Of a DNA stretch of 64,000 bases, positions 42,077-58,324 are shown one piece after another. The translations under genes and the position numbers were made by a program. A model generated the notes under the pieces. That model was not told the origin of the DNA and did not search any database. It worked only from the letters and a program-made list of their open reading frames with translations. Location of the stretch: contig CAVRHD010000002.1 of NCBI GenBank assembly GCA_963720965.1, positions 91,908 through 155,907 on the forward strand, given 5' to 3'. Every line of letters begins with the position of its first letter. Position 1 is the stretch's first letter. This DNA comes from an uncultured Chloroflexia bacterium. Its GTDB lineage: Bacteria > Chloroflexota > Limnocylindria > Limnocylindrales > CSP1-4.

Positions 42077-43801
42077 CTAGGCGGGCTGGGCTGGACCGGC
42101 CGTGGCGCCATAGGCCGTTGCGGCATCACGGACGCTCTGGTAGATGTTGGCCGCCCCGATTGCCTCGGTCAGGCCATATTTGGCGAGTTCGGCCAGGACC
42201 TGCGGGTCGACATCGGCCAACACCAGGGTAATGCCCTTGGCCTTGAGCTCCTGCTGGATCTGGGACAGCGCGCCCGCCCCCGAGTAGTCGACGTCGCCCA
42301 TGACTCCGCAGGCAACCACAAACCAGCGAATGGGCGGATCCGCATCCTGGACCAGGTCCATGACCTCGGCCATGAACCGGGTCGCATTGGCGTAGTACAG
42401 GCTGGCGCCGAACCTGTAGACGATGAGCCCGGGCTCGAGCTGGCCACCTTCGGCTTCCGGGGTGGGCCGGAAGTCGTAGTCGCCTGCGCCATTCGAGACG
42501 AGGAGGCTGTCATAGGGCCGGTAGCTGTGGTAGATGTGAACGACGATCGACAGGGCCATGGCCAGGAAGATGCCCTGCTCGACGCCCACGATGACCACTG
42601 TCAGGGCCGTCAGCGCGGCGACCGCGAACTCGGCCGGGCGGACCCGCAGGATGTCGCGCATCCCTTTCACGTCGATCAGGCGGACGCCGATGATGAACAC
42701 GACGGAGGCCAGGACGGCGTTGGGCATGTACGACAGTGGTCCGGTCAGGAACAGGAGCACGATCACGACGATTGCCGCCGCCGTGAGCTGCGAAATCTGG
42801 CTGCGTCCCCCGGCGCTGTCGACCATCTCGGTCTTGGTCGGGCTGCCGTTGACCACGAATGCGCCGGTGATCCCGGCGGCCGCATTGGCCAGGCCCAGCC
42901 CGACGAGGTCGACGTTCTCCTCGAAGCTGTCGGCGTACTTCATGGCGTATGCCCGTGACGTGGCCGCGCTCTGGGCGAGGATGACCACCACGAGCGACAC
43001 CGCCGTCGGGATCAGCGCCTCGATGTTGGCGACGGTGATTACGCCTGTCGGCAGGCCGACCTGGGGCAGGCCACCGGGCACGGTCCCCAGGATGCTCACT
43101 CCCGAGGCCTGCAGGTTGAGGGCATAGCTCCAGGCGATCGTCACGACGACCGCGATCAGCGCGCCGGGGATCCTGTCATTGACGATCTTCAGGCCGAGGA
43201 TCAGGGCGAAGACCACGACCGATACGAGAAAGGTCGGCACGACGGTCTCGGTCGGGATCAGGCGAACCGTCGCGACGAACTTCTCGAGCGTGCCACCGGT
43301 CTGCGACGGGATCCCGAAGATGCCGCCAACCTGGCCCATCGCGACCTGGATCCCGACCCCGGTGAGGAAGCCGATCAGGACGCTCCGGGACAGGAAGTTG
43401 GCAATGAAGCCGAGCCTCAGGACCCGGGCCGCGATGAGCAACACGGCGCACATCAGCGCGACCAGGCCGGCCATGCTCACGTACGTTGGCGAGCCTGAGG
43501 CGATTCCAAGGGCGACCAGCCCGGTCGACATCATCACCGCGGTCGCGGAATCCGCTCCGACGACGAGATGTCGCGAGGATCCAAAGATGGCAAAGGCGAC
43601 GATCGGCAGGAGGATCGTGTACAGGCCGGTGATCACCGGCATGCCGGCGATCTTCGAGTAGCCCATCACCTCCGGGATCGCGAGGGCGGCCAGGGTCACC
43701 CCGGCGATCACGTCGAGGCTGACCCTGGCCGAGTCGATGGGCAGGATCCCGCCGAAAAACATCGGCGCGCGCTTCTGCGCCCTGGCCGTCCTAGCCGTCA
43801 A
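42077..43801 (-). CDS. SulP-family anion (sulfate/bicarbonate) transporter with C-terminal STAS domain
   Basis: 574 aa with the typical SulP N-terminus (DVIAGVTLAALAIPEVMGYSKIAG) and a STAS-like C-terminus (RWFVVACGVMGDVDYSGAGAL...). Confidence 0.9.
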   Translation of the reverse strand: MTARTARAQKRAPMFFGGILPIDSARVSLDVIAGVTLAALAIPEVMGYSKIAGMPVITGLYTILLPIVAFAIFGSSRHLVVGADSATAVMMSTGLVALGIASGSPTYVSMAGLVALMCAVLLIAARVLRLGFIANFLSRSVLIGFLTGVGIQVAMGQVGGIFGIPSQTGGTLEKFVATVRLIPTETVVPTFLVSVVVFALILGLKIVNDRIPGALIAVVVTIAWSYALNLQASGVSILGTVPGGLPQVGLPTGVITVANIEALIPTAVSLVVVILAQSAATSRAYAMKYADSFEENVDLVGLGLANAAAGITGAFVVNGSPTKTEMVDSAGGRSQISQLTAAAIVVIVLLFLTGPLSYMPNAVLASVVFIIGVRLIDVKGMRDILRVRPAEFAVAALTALTVVIVGVEQGIFLAMALSIVVHIYHSYRPYDSLLVSNGAGDYDFRPTPEAEGGQLEPGLIVYRFGASLYYANATRFMAEVMDLVQDADPPIRWFVVACGVMGDVDYSGAGALSQIQQELKAKGITLVLADVDPQVLAELAKYGLTEAIGAANIYQSVRDAATAYGATAGPAQPA

Positions 43802-43831
43802 TGGATCCTCCCTCGGGCGAAGTTGCCGTCC

Positions 43832-44599
43832 TTATGGACCGGTCGGACCTGCTCCTGCGCCGGGGTCAGCCGGCCCGGGCTCCACCGGCGTTCCGTCGGC
43901 GGCCGCGGCCGGTGGCACGACGGGCGGAGGCACGGTCGGGGTCGCGGCACCCGGAGGCGGATCATTCGGTCCGCGCTGGTTGGAGCGATAGATGAGCCAG
44001 GCCACGACCGCGATGAGGGCAATCGCGAGCAAAACGAGCAGGATGATCAGGCCATTGTTCGAGCCTGATCCACTCTCGCTGCCGGATCCGCTGCCGGTCG
44101 ATGCCGAGGGTCCGATGCTCGGCGCGACGGATGCGCTTGGACTCGCCGAGGCTGACGCCGATGGGGCAACCGACGGTGTGAGGGTCGCGCTCGGCGCCGG
44201 GGTGGGCGTCGGAGCCGTGGTCGGGGTCGGAGCCGTGGTCGGGGTCGGTGTGGGAGCCGTGGTCGGGGTGGGTGCCGGAGTCGGGGCCGGGCTGACGGCC
44301 GGCGCGAGGGTTGGGGTCGGTGCGGCCGTCGGCGCCGCTGTTGGGGCGGCGGTGGGTGCGGCGGTTGGGGCGGCGGTGGGAGCCGGAGTCGGCAGCGCGG
44401 GCAGCGTCGGCAGGCCCGACGGCAGGCTCGGGAGCGCCGGCAGCGTTGGCAGCCCTGACGGCAGCGCGGGCAGCGTCGGCAGGCCCGACGGAAGGTTGGG
44501 CAGGATAGATGCCAGCTGGCCGCCGCAGGCCGAAAGGGATAGCGCAACGACGACGAGGATGACGGCGCTCCGAATGGCGCCGAGTCGGTGGCGGGTCAT
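43832..44599 (-). CDS. Pro/Thr/Ala-rich repeat protein with N-terminal lipobox and C-terminal TM anchor
   Basis: 255 aa from ATG 44599 inside the artefactual ORF 43832..45415. The signal peptide and lipobox are LSLSAC. Repeats are LPSGLPTLPALP x3, TAAP x5 and PTPT runs. An S/G stretch follows, then TM LIILLVLLAIALIAVVAWLIY and a Pro-rich tail. Confidence 0.6.
   Translation of the reverse strand: MTRHRLGAIRSAVILVVVALSLSACGGQLASILPNLPSGLPTLPALPSGLPTLPALPSLPSGLPTLPALPTPAPTAAPTAAPTAAPTAAPTAAPTPTLAPAVSPAPTPAPTPTTAPTPTPTTAPTPTTAPTPTPAPSATLTPSVAPSASASASPSASVAPSIGPSASTGSGSGSESGSGSNNGLIILLVLLAIALIAVVAWLIYRSNQRGPNDPPPGAATPTVPPPVVPPAAAADGTPVEPGPADPGAGAGPTGP
44393..44491. repeat. 30-nt exact direct repeat with 69-nt period inside the Pro-rich protein gene
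   Basis: CAGCGCGGGCAGCGTCGGCAGGCCCGACGG occurs at 44393-44422 and again at 44462-44491. It encodes the LPSGLPTLPALP modules. Confidence 0.85.
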
Positions 44600-44761
44600 G
44601 GCAATCTCCCAGAGCGGACGATCGACCTCACCGTCGATCACGCCCATGCTACTGGACGGGTATCGGTGCCGTGGGTCGAAGCAGGTCGCGTCGAGCCGGA
44701 CCACTGGCCGGGTACACTGGTCGAACCGTCCCCTTTCCGACCGCCCCGCAGAGGCCTGCCG

Positions 44762-47716
44762 ATGGAACGCCTGATGCTGCTCGACGGCAACGGGCTCATC
44801 TACCGCGGATATTTCGCCCTGATCAACACGCCCCTCACGACCTCCCGGGGTGAGCTGGTCAATGCCGTGTTCGGCTTCTGCAACATCGTCCTGAGGGGCT
44901 TCCAGGACATTCAGCCGGACTACGCCGCGATCGCCTTCGACCTGTCCGGCCCGACGTTCCGGCACGAGCAGTTCGCTGCCTACAAGGCCACCCGCCAGCG
45001 CATGCCCGACGACCTGCGCGACCAGTTCCCCAAGGTCCGCGAAGTCGTCAAGGCCCTCCGGATCCCGGTCTACGAGCTGGCCGGGTTCGAGGCGGACGAC
45101 GTGATCGGGACGCTCACGATCGAAGCCGGGCAGCTCGGGCTGGACACCACGATCGTCACCGGCGACCTTGACATGCTCCAGCTCGTGACCGATCAGACCC
45201 GCCTGATGACGACCCGGATGGGCGTCCAGAACACGGTGATCTACGACCCGGCCCGGATCTTCGAGCGGTACGGTCTGCGACCCGACCAGATGATCGACTT
45301 CAAGGCCCTCAAGGGCGATTCGACCGACAACATCCCGGGGGTGCCCGGCGTCGGCGAGAAGACCGCGGCCAAGCTGATCGGCGACTACGCGACCCTCGAC
45401 GGGTTGTACGACCATATCGACGATGTCGTGCCGGCCCGGCTGCGCGAGCCGCTCCTCGCCGCCCGCGACCAGGTCCTGATGGGACGCGAGCTCATGCGGA
45501 TCGTGCGCGACCTGCCGGTCAAGCTCGACCTCGAAGCGGCTCGCCTGGGTGACTACGACCGCGAGACGGTGATCCGCCTCTTCCGCGAGTTCGAGTTCCG
45601 GAGCCTGATCGAGCGGCTGCCCCCGCTCAAGGGCGAGCGCGCCGAGGACACGGCCGCGGCGATCCGGGACAGCGTGGCCAGCGGCGGCGACCCGATGCGC
45701 GCCGCCCAGGTTCCCGGCTCAGGGCCGCGTGGCTCGGCCGGCTGGGGCTCGGGCGAGGGACTCTCGCGTGGCCGGGGCCCGGTCACCGGAGAAGGCTCCG
45801 GCCTGCAGCTGGCCCTCGACTTTTCGTCGGTCGACGCGGGCGGCCCGGCGTCGACCGCAGCCTCGGGCGACACTCCCAGGGCGATGCGGCCCGACGGCCC
45901 GGGCGAGGGGCCGGCCGTGGCCGACCTTGCCGTCGCCTTGGCCGCGGCGATCGAAGATCCCGGTGGACAGATCGAGATCGTCTCGGGTGAGGGGATCGAG
46001 CTCCTCGATGGATGGCTCGGGGCGCAATCGGCTGTCGGGATCGCCCTCCTCGCCGACGACCCGCGGCCGCGCAAGGGCACGCCCCTCGCCCTGGCCGTGG
46101 CGGGTCTCGACGGGCGAGTCGTGGCGGTCGAGGGTCCGGCCGACGCCGGCCGCCTGCGGGCCTGGATCGAACGCCTGGAGCTGCCGATCATCGGGCACGA
46201 GGTGAAGCCGCTCCTGGTCGCCCGCTTCGCCGATGCTCCGGACGGCCAGCCGACGCCGGTGGCCTTCGACACCCAGGTTGCCGCATACATCCTGAATGCG
46301 TCGCTGCGCAGCCAGTCAATCGCCGACGTCGTGGCCGAACAGCTCGACCTGATCCTGCCACCGGCCAAGGACCTGCCGGCATTTGCCAGGGCCGGCCTGG
46401 AAGCGCTGTCGGCGCTGGCCGCGAGAGGACCGCTCGAGCTCGCCCTCGAGCGAGAGGGCCTCGACCGGCTGTATCGCGAGATCGAGCTGCCGCTCATTCC
46501 GGTCCTGGCCCGGATGGAGGCGACTGGCGTCGCCCTCGATCGAGACGCGCTCCGCTCGCTTGCCGACGAGTTCGCGATCGAGATCAGCCGGCTCGAGGCC
46601 GAGGTCTACGCCAGTGTCGGCCACGAGTTCAACCTGGGCAGCCCGAAGCAGCTCGAGCAGGTCCTGTTCTTCGAGCTCAACCTGCCCAAGGGCCGCAAGA
46701 CGAAGACCGGCTACTCGACCGACGCCGCGGTCCTCGAGGATCTCCGGGCAGCCCATCCGATGGTGGCCAGCCTGCTCGACTGGCGGACCTACACGAAGCT
46801 CCGATCGACGTACGTCGAAGCCCTGCCGACGCTGATCGCCGCCGATGGCCGGCTGCACACGACCTTCCACCAGGCCGTGGCCGCGACGGGCCGGCTGAGC
46901 TCGTCCGATCCCAACCTCCAGAACATTCCGATCCGCACCCCGCTCGGCCGGCGCATTCGACGGGCCTTCGTTGCCGGCGCACCCGATGTGACCCTGGTGG
47001 CCGCGGACTACTCCCAGATCGAGCTTCGGATCCTGGCCCACGTCTCGGGCGATGAGCACCTCAAGGATGCGTTCGCGCGAGGTGCCGACATCCACCGCGA
47101 GACCGCGGCCCGGGTCCTCCACAAGCCGCCCGAGGAGGTCACCGGCGACGAGCGTTCGATGGCCAAGATGGTCAACTTCGGGATCGCCTACGGGATGAGC
47201 GACTTCGGCCTGTCGAGCCGGGCCAACATTCCCCGGGCCGAGGCCCAGGAATTCATCACGACCTACTTCGCGACCTACTCGGGCATCAGCTACTACATGC
47301 TCCATATCAAGGATGTCGCTCGCCGGCAGGGTTTCGTGACCACCCTGCTCGGTCGCAAGCGGGCGATCTCGGAGCTGGATGCTCGCAACCCCACCCTGCG
47401 GGCGGCAGGGGAGCGGATGGCGATCAACATGCCCATCCAGGGCACCGCCGCCGACATCATCAAGATCGCGATGATCCGGCTCGACGAGCGCCTGCGCGAA
47501 GGGGGCTTCAAGGCCCGGCCGTTGCTGCAGGTCCACGACGAGCTGCTCCTCGAGGTCCCGCGCGACGAGGTCGACCGGCTCGTTCCGGTCCTGCGCCAGA
47601 CGATGGAGTCGGCCCTCGCCCTTGACGTGCCGCTGACCGTCGACGTCAAGATCGGCGACGATTGGGAAGGCATGGCCGTCCGGCCGCGCGAGGAACCGAT
47701 CCCGGCCGATGCCTGA
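44762..47716 (+). CDS. polA: DNA polymerase I
   Basis: 984 aa from ATG 44762 (MERLMLLDGNGLIYRGYFA) inside ORF 44588..47716. It has a 5' nuclease domain, a long Gly/Ser/Pro linker, a 3'-5' exo-like domain, and pol motifs DYSQIELR and QVHDELLLEV. Confidence 0.95.
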   Translation: MERLMLLDGNGLIYRGYFALINTPLTTSRGELVNAVFGFCNIVLRGFQDIQPDYAAIAFDLSGPTFRHEQFAAYKATRQRMPDDLRDQFPKVREVVKALRIPVYELAGFEADDVIGTLTIEAGQLGLDTTIVTGDLDMLQLVTDQTRLMTTRMGVQNTVIYDPARIFERYGLRPDQMIDFKALKGDSTDNIPGVPGVGEKTAAKLIGDYATLDGLYDHIDDVVPARLREPLLAARDQVLMGRELMRIVRDLPVKLDLEAARLGDYDRETVIRLFREFEFRSLIERLPPLKGERAEDTAAAIRDSVASGGDPMRAAQVPGSGPRGSAGWGSGEGLSRGRGPVTGEGSGLQLALDFSSVDAGGPASTAASGDTPRAMRPDGPGEGPAVADLAVALAAAIEDPGGQIEIVSGEGIELLDGWLGAQSAVGIALLADDPRPRKGTPLALAVAGLDGRVVAVEGPADAGRLRAWIERLELPIIGHEVKPLLVARFADAPDGQPTPVAFDTQVAAYILNASLRSQSIADVVAEQLDLILPPAKDLPAFARAGLEALSALAARGPLELALEREGLDRLYREIELPLIPVLARMEATGVALDRDALRSLADEFAIEISRLEAEVYASVGHEFNLGSPKQLEQVLFFELNLPKGRKTKTGYSTDAAVLEDLRAAHPMVASLLDWRTYTKLRSTYVEALPTLIAADGRLHTTFHQAVAATGRLSSSDPNLQNIPIRTPLGRRIRRAFVAGAPDVTLVAADYSQIELRILAHVSGDEHLKDAFARGADIHRETAARVLHKPPEEVTGDERSMAKMVNFGIAYGMSDFGLSSRANIPRAEAQEFITTYFATYSGISYYMLHIKDVARRQGFVTTLLGRKRAISELDARNPTLRAAGERMAINMPIQGTAADIIKIAMIRLDERLREGGFKARPLLQVHDELLLEVPRDEVDRLVPVLRQTMESALALDVPLTVDVKIGDDWEGMAVRPREEPIPADA

Positions 47717-48751
47717 GCTGCCCGAGGTCGAGACCGTCGTCCGGGACCTCCGGCCGCGGATCGTCGGCGCACAGATCAGCTCGGCCCGCTCGTCGTGGTC
47801 GCGGACCCTTCGAACGCATCCGCCCGAAGCATTCGAGGCGGCCATCCGCGGCCGCCGGATCGAGTCGGTCGAACGACGGGCCAAGCTCCTGGTCATTGAG
47901 CTGAGCGGCGGGGCCGCCCTGACGATCCACCTCAAGATGACCGGCCAGCTCTTCGTGGTCCCGGCGAGCACGCCCGAGGACCCCTACCTGCGCCTGGTCC
48001 TCGTTTTCGCCGACGGGCGCGAGCTGCGCTTTCGCGACATTCGCAAGTTCGGCCGGGTGGGACTGTACGAACGCGACCAGGTCAGCGGAGAGCTCGTCAG
48101 CGAGGCGGGCGGCACGGCCGTGTTCGCGGGCTTCGGCCCCGAGCCGCTCGACCCGGCGTTCGGACTGCGCGAGTTCCGGGTCCGCATCCGGGCTCGCAAG
48201 GGTCGGCTGAAACCGCTCCTCCTCGACCAGTCGTTCATCGCCGGGATCGGCAACATCTACGCCGACGAAGCGCTGTGGGCCGCCAGGCTCCATCCACTCC
48301 GCTCGGCGGTCTCGCTCAGGCCGGCCGACGAGCGCCGGCTGTACCAGTCCATCCGGCTGATCCTCGCCGAGGCCGTGGAACGCCGGGGCAGCTCGATCGA
48401 TGACTACACCGCACCCGACGGCGACGGCGAGATGCAGGAGCGCCTCAACGTCTACCAGCGCACCGGCGAGCCCTGTCCACGCTGCGGCCGGCCGATCCGG
48501 AGGATCGTGATCGGCGCCCGGGCAACCCACTTCTGTTCGTGGTGCCAGCGCCTGCCGGCGTCCGATCGGCAGGCCCTCGAGCGATCCGGCGGGATCGCGA
48601 TCCTGCGGGCGATGACCGGCCGCCGACCGGGTGCCGATGAGCCCGCGATCGCCGCCCGGACGATGCGCACCAAGGCAGCCGCGGCAACCCGCCGGGCGGC
48701 GGCCCGGTCGAGCTCGGGCGCTGGCCCCGGCCGGTACGAGAGGCCCGGCTG

Positions 48752-48752
<1 letters not shown>
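47709..48752 (+). CDS. mutM: Formamidopyrimidine-DNA glycosylase with C-terminal extension
   Basis: 347 aa with N-terminal MPELPEVE, H2TH and the zinc finger CPRCGRPI...FCSWCQ. A basic/Ala-rich tail of 67 aa follows. Confidence 0.92.
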
Positions 48753-50817
<2,065 letters not shown>

Positions 50818-50821
<4 letters not shown>

Positions 50822-51453
50822 CCCGGCCCCTGAGGCTCGGCCTGACCGGTCCGATCGGCTGCGGCAAGTCGACGGTGCTGGCCTGGCTCGCCGCGCGCGG
50901 TGCCCTGGTGATCGACGCCGACCAGGTTGCCCGCGCGGTCACCTCGCCGGGCTCGCCGGTCACCGCCGAGGTCGCCGCTGCGTTCGGCCCGGCGGTCATC
51001 GCGGCCGATGGCTCGCTCGATCGCGCGGCGCTCGGGACGATCGTGTTCGGCGATCCGGGGCAGCTCCGACGCCTCGAGGCGATCACCCATCCGGCCGTCC
51101 GCGAGCAAATCCTCGCGGCGCTCCGAGCGGCCGAGGACGGGCCGCAGGCAGTCGTCGTGATCGAGGCGATTCGGCTGGTCGAGGCCGGCTATCCGGCTCT
51201 CCTCGACGAGGTCTGGCTGGTCACCTGCGAGCCGGCCGAACAGCGTCGGCGGCTGGTCGCGCGAGGGGTGTCCGACGCCGATGCGTCGGCCCGGATCACC
51301 GCCCAGGCCGGCCTGGCGGACCGCGTCCGATCCGTTGCCGCACGCCAGATCGACACCAGCGGCAGCCTGGCCGACTCCGAGGCCCAGGTCGCCGACGCGC
51401 TGGCCGGGGCCCTGGCGGCCCATGCCTCGCGGCCGGGACCGGCAGCTCGTTGA
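50818..51453 (+). CDS. coaE: Dephospho-CoA kinase
   Basis: 211 aa with P-loop LGLTGPIGCGKST. GTG 50818 overlaps the ABC-F stop (GTGA). Confidence 0.88.
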
Positions 51454-52115
51454 CGAAGGCGCCCGGTCGCCGGTCGGCCCAAGCTCGGGAGGTCGAGCTG
51501 CCTCGGTTGACCCCCTTCTCCGGGGGGCGGCTCGAGGCACGCCGCGACTACGACACGACCGACTTCGTCGAATGCGATTTCGCCGGCCAGGACGCGTCCG
51601 ATGTCCGGTTCCTCGAGTCCCGCCTGCAGCGCTGCAGTCTCGACGGAGCGTCGCTGCGAGGCGCGCGAGTCCTTGGGTCGGTGCTCGATGGGGCGACCGC
51701 CGCGACCGTCGACTTCGCCGGTTCGACGTGGCGTGACGCCGAGGTCGCGGGCGGACGCTTCGGCGCCCTCGACCTGGTTGGGTCGAACCTGACCCGCCTC
51801 CGGGTCCGAGGCTGCCGGCTCGGCTTCCTGAACCTCGCCGGTGCGCAGCTCGACGATGTCCGGTTCGAGGCCTGCGAGATCGATGGGATCGACGCCCGTG
51901 GGTCCCGGCTCAACGCGATCACGTTCGTCGACTGCTCGATCGCCGAGCTGAACGTGACCGAGGCCAGGCTCACCGGCGTGGACCTGTCGGGGGCCCGGCT
52001 CCGCTCGCTCATCGGCGTCGACAACCTGCGCGGGGCGATCATCAGCCGCGAGCAGCTCATGGACCTTGCGCCGCTCCTGGCCGGCCAACTTGGCATCGAG
52101 ATCCGGCCCGACTGA
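51450..52115 (+). CDS. Pentapeptide-repeat protein (MfpA/Qnr-like fold expected)
   Basis: This is the tail of ORF 50706..52115. It has continuous A(D/N)LxX-type pentapeptide periodicity (DFAGQDASDVRFLESRLQRCSLDGASLRGARVL...). The start is uncertain (TTG 51450 or a later TTG). Confidence 0.75.
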   Translation: MTKAPGRRSAQAREVELPRLTPFSGGRLEARRDYDTTDFVECDFAGQDASDVRFLESRLQRCSLDGASLRGARVLGSVLDGATAATVDFAGSTWRDAEVAGGRFGALDLVGSNLTRLRVRGCRLGFLNLAGAQLDDVRFEACEIDGIDARGSRLNAITFVDCSIAELNVTEARLTGVDLSGARLRSLIGVDNLRGAIISREQLMDLAPLLAGQLGIEIRPD

Positions 52116-52172
52116 TCGCAGGAGCCGCCGCCGGTCCCTGATCCGCGATTTCCTGGTTGAGCCTTTGGCCTG

Positions 52173-52190
52173 TTTGATCTCCTGGGGAGA
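52173..52190. other. Second exact copy of the 18-nt element TTTGATCTCCTGGGGAGA
   Basis: It is identical to 36878-36895. It contains the small hairpin TCTCC-TGG-GGAGA and lies in the pentapeptide/uvrB intergenic region. Confidence 0.6.
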
Positions 52191-52251
52191 CATGTTGTCG
52201 TGCGGATGATCACCGGACCGTAGTCGGATCGCCGTCGCACGCATTCCTACT

Positions 52252-52263
52252 GAACACGTGTTC
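52252..52263. promoter_or_regulatory. LexA/SOS box (Cheo-type GAAC-N4-GTTC) upstream of uvrB
   Basis: The perfect palindrome GAACACGTGTTC lies 60 nt upstream of uvrB ATG 52323. Confidence 0.7.
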
Positions 52264-52322
52264 GGTTCGTGCTCGGGGTGGTATCCTGAAGGCCCATGTT
52301 CGGGAGTCGCTGATCGCCCCTA

Positions 52323-54701
<2,379 letters not shown>

Positions 54702-54733
54702 GGAGCTGCGCCGCCAGCCGAGCGGACCTCACA

Positions 54734-54745
54734 GAACGCCTGTTC
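54734..54745. promoter_or_regulatory. LexA/SOS box (GAAC-N4-GTTC) upstream of uvrA
   Basis: GAACGCCTGTTC lies 18 nt upstream of the TACAAT -10 hexamer of uvrA. Confidence 0.65.
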
Positions 54746-54763
54746 CAATCCGGCGTACTTCGG

Positions 54764-54769
54764 TACAAT
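54764..54769 (+). promoter_or_regulatory. -10 hexamer TACAAT, leaderless-type promoter of uvrA
   Basis: TACAAT lies 7 nt upstream of GTG 54777. Confidence 0.55.
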
Positions 54770-54776
54770 CTCCCTC

Positions 54777-57863
<3,087 letters not shown>

Positions 57864-57867
57864 CGGC

Positions 57868-58224
57868 ATGAGCCCGCCGGACCGGCCTGGCCCGCCGCCA
57901 ACCCGCTGGGTCGGTCCTGCCCGTCACGAGCTGCCCACGATCGACGAACGGGGGCTGGTCGCCGCCCGGATCACCGAGGTTGCGCTGGCCCTCGCCGGCG
58001 AGCGCGGCCAGGAGCGTTGGGTCGCCTTCCTGGGTCCGCTGCCCGACCGCTTCCGGGACGGCGACCTGCGCGACCTGCGTTCGGCCGGGATGCGCTGCCG
58101 GGCGGCGTTCGGCCCCAAGGACTCGATCCGGGATGTGCTGCCGGCCGAGGTCACCGAACCCCTCCTCGACGCCGTCGACAGGTTGCTGCGGGAGCTGAAC
58201 CGCTACGACCGGGCTCAGCGCTAG
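57868..58224 (+). CDS. Hypothetical protein
   Basis: 118 aa from ATG 57868 inside ORF 57748..58224, 4 nt after the uvrA stop. No family recognised. Confidence 0.45.
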   Translation: MSPPDRPGPPPTRWVGPARHELPTIDERGLVAARITEVALALAGERGQERWVAFLGPLPDRFRDGDLRDLRSAGMRCRAAFGPKDSIRDVLPAEVTEPLLDAVDRLLRELNRYDRAQR

Positions 58225-58324
58225 ACCCGGCCAGCTGCCGTCCGGGTAGCACCTCGACAGAGGACCTTCGAGAAGTGGGAGCGTCTCCGGGACCGGCCCG
58301 GACGCCGGCCATCAACGCCACCCG

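Noticed and set aside
44290-44510. The short tandem and periodic repeats here, and at 34230-34420, 18960-19090 and 63550-63800, could be a CRISPR or minisatellite array.
   Set aside because: All lie inside ORFs and encode Pro/Ala/Ser/Thr low-complexity linkers. The units are 12-69 nt with no unique spacers, and there are no cas genes nearby.
51189-52244. A 351-aa minus-strand ORF lies opposite the pentapeptide-repeat gene, and parts of it also look repeat-like.
   Set aside because: The plus-strand product shows regular A(D/N)LxX periodicity and a sensible C-terminus. The minus-strand product is Arg/Pro/Gly-rich with no consistent periodicity.
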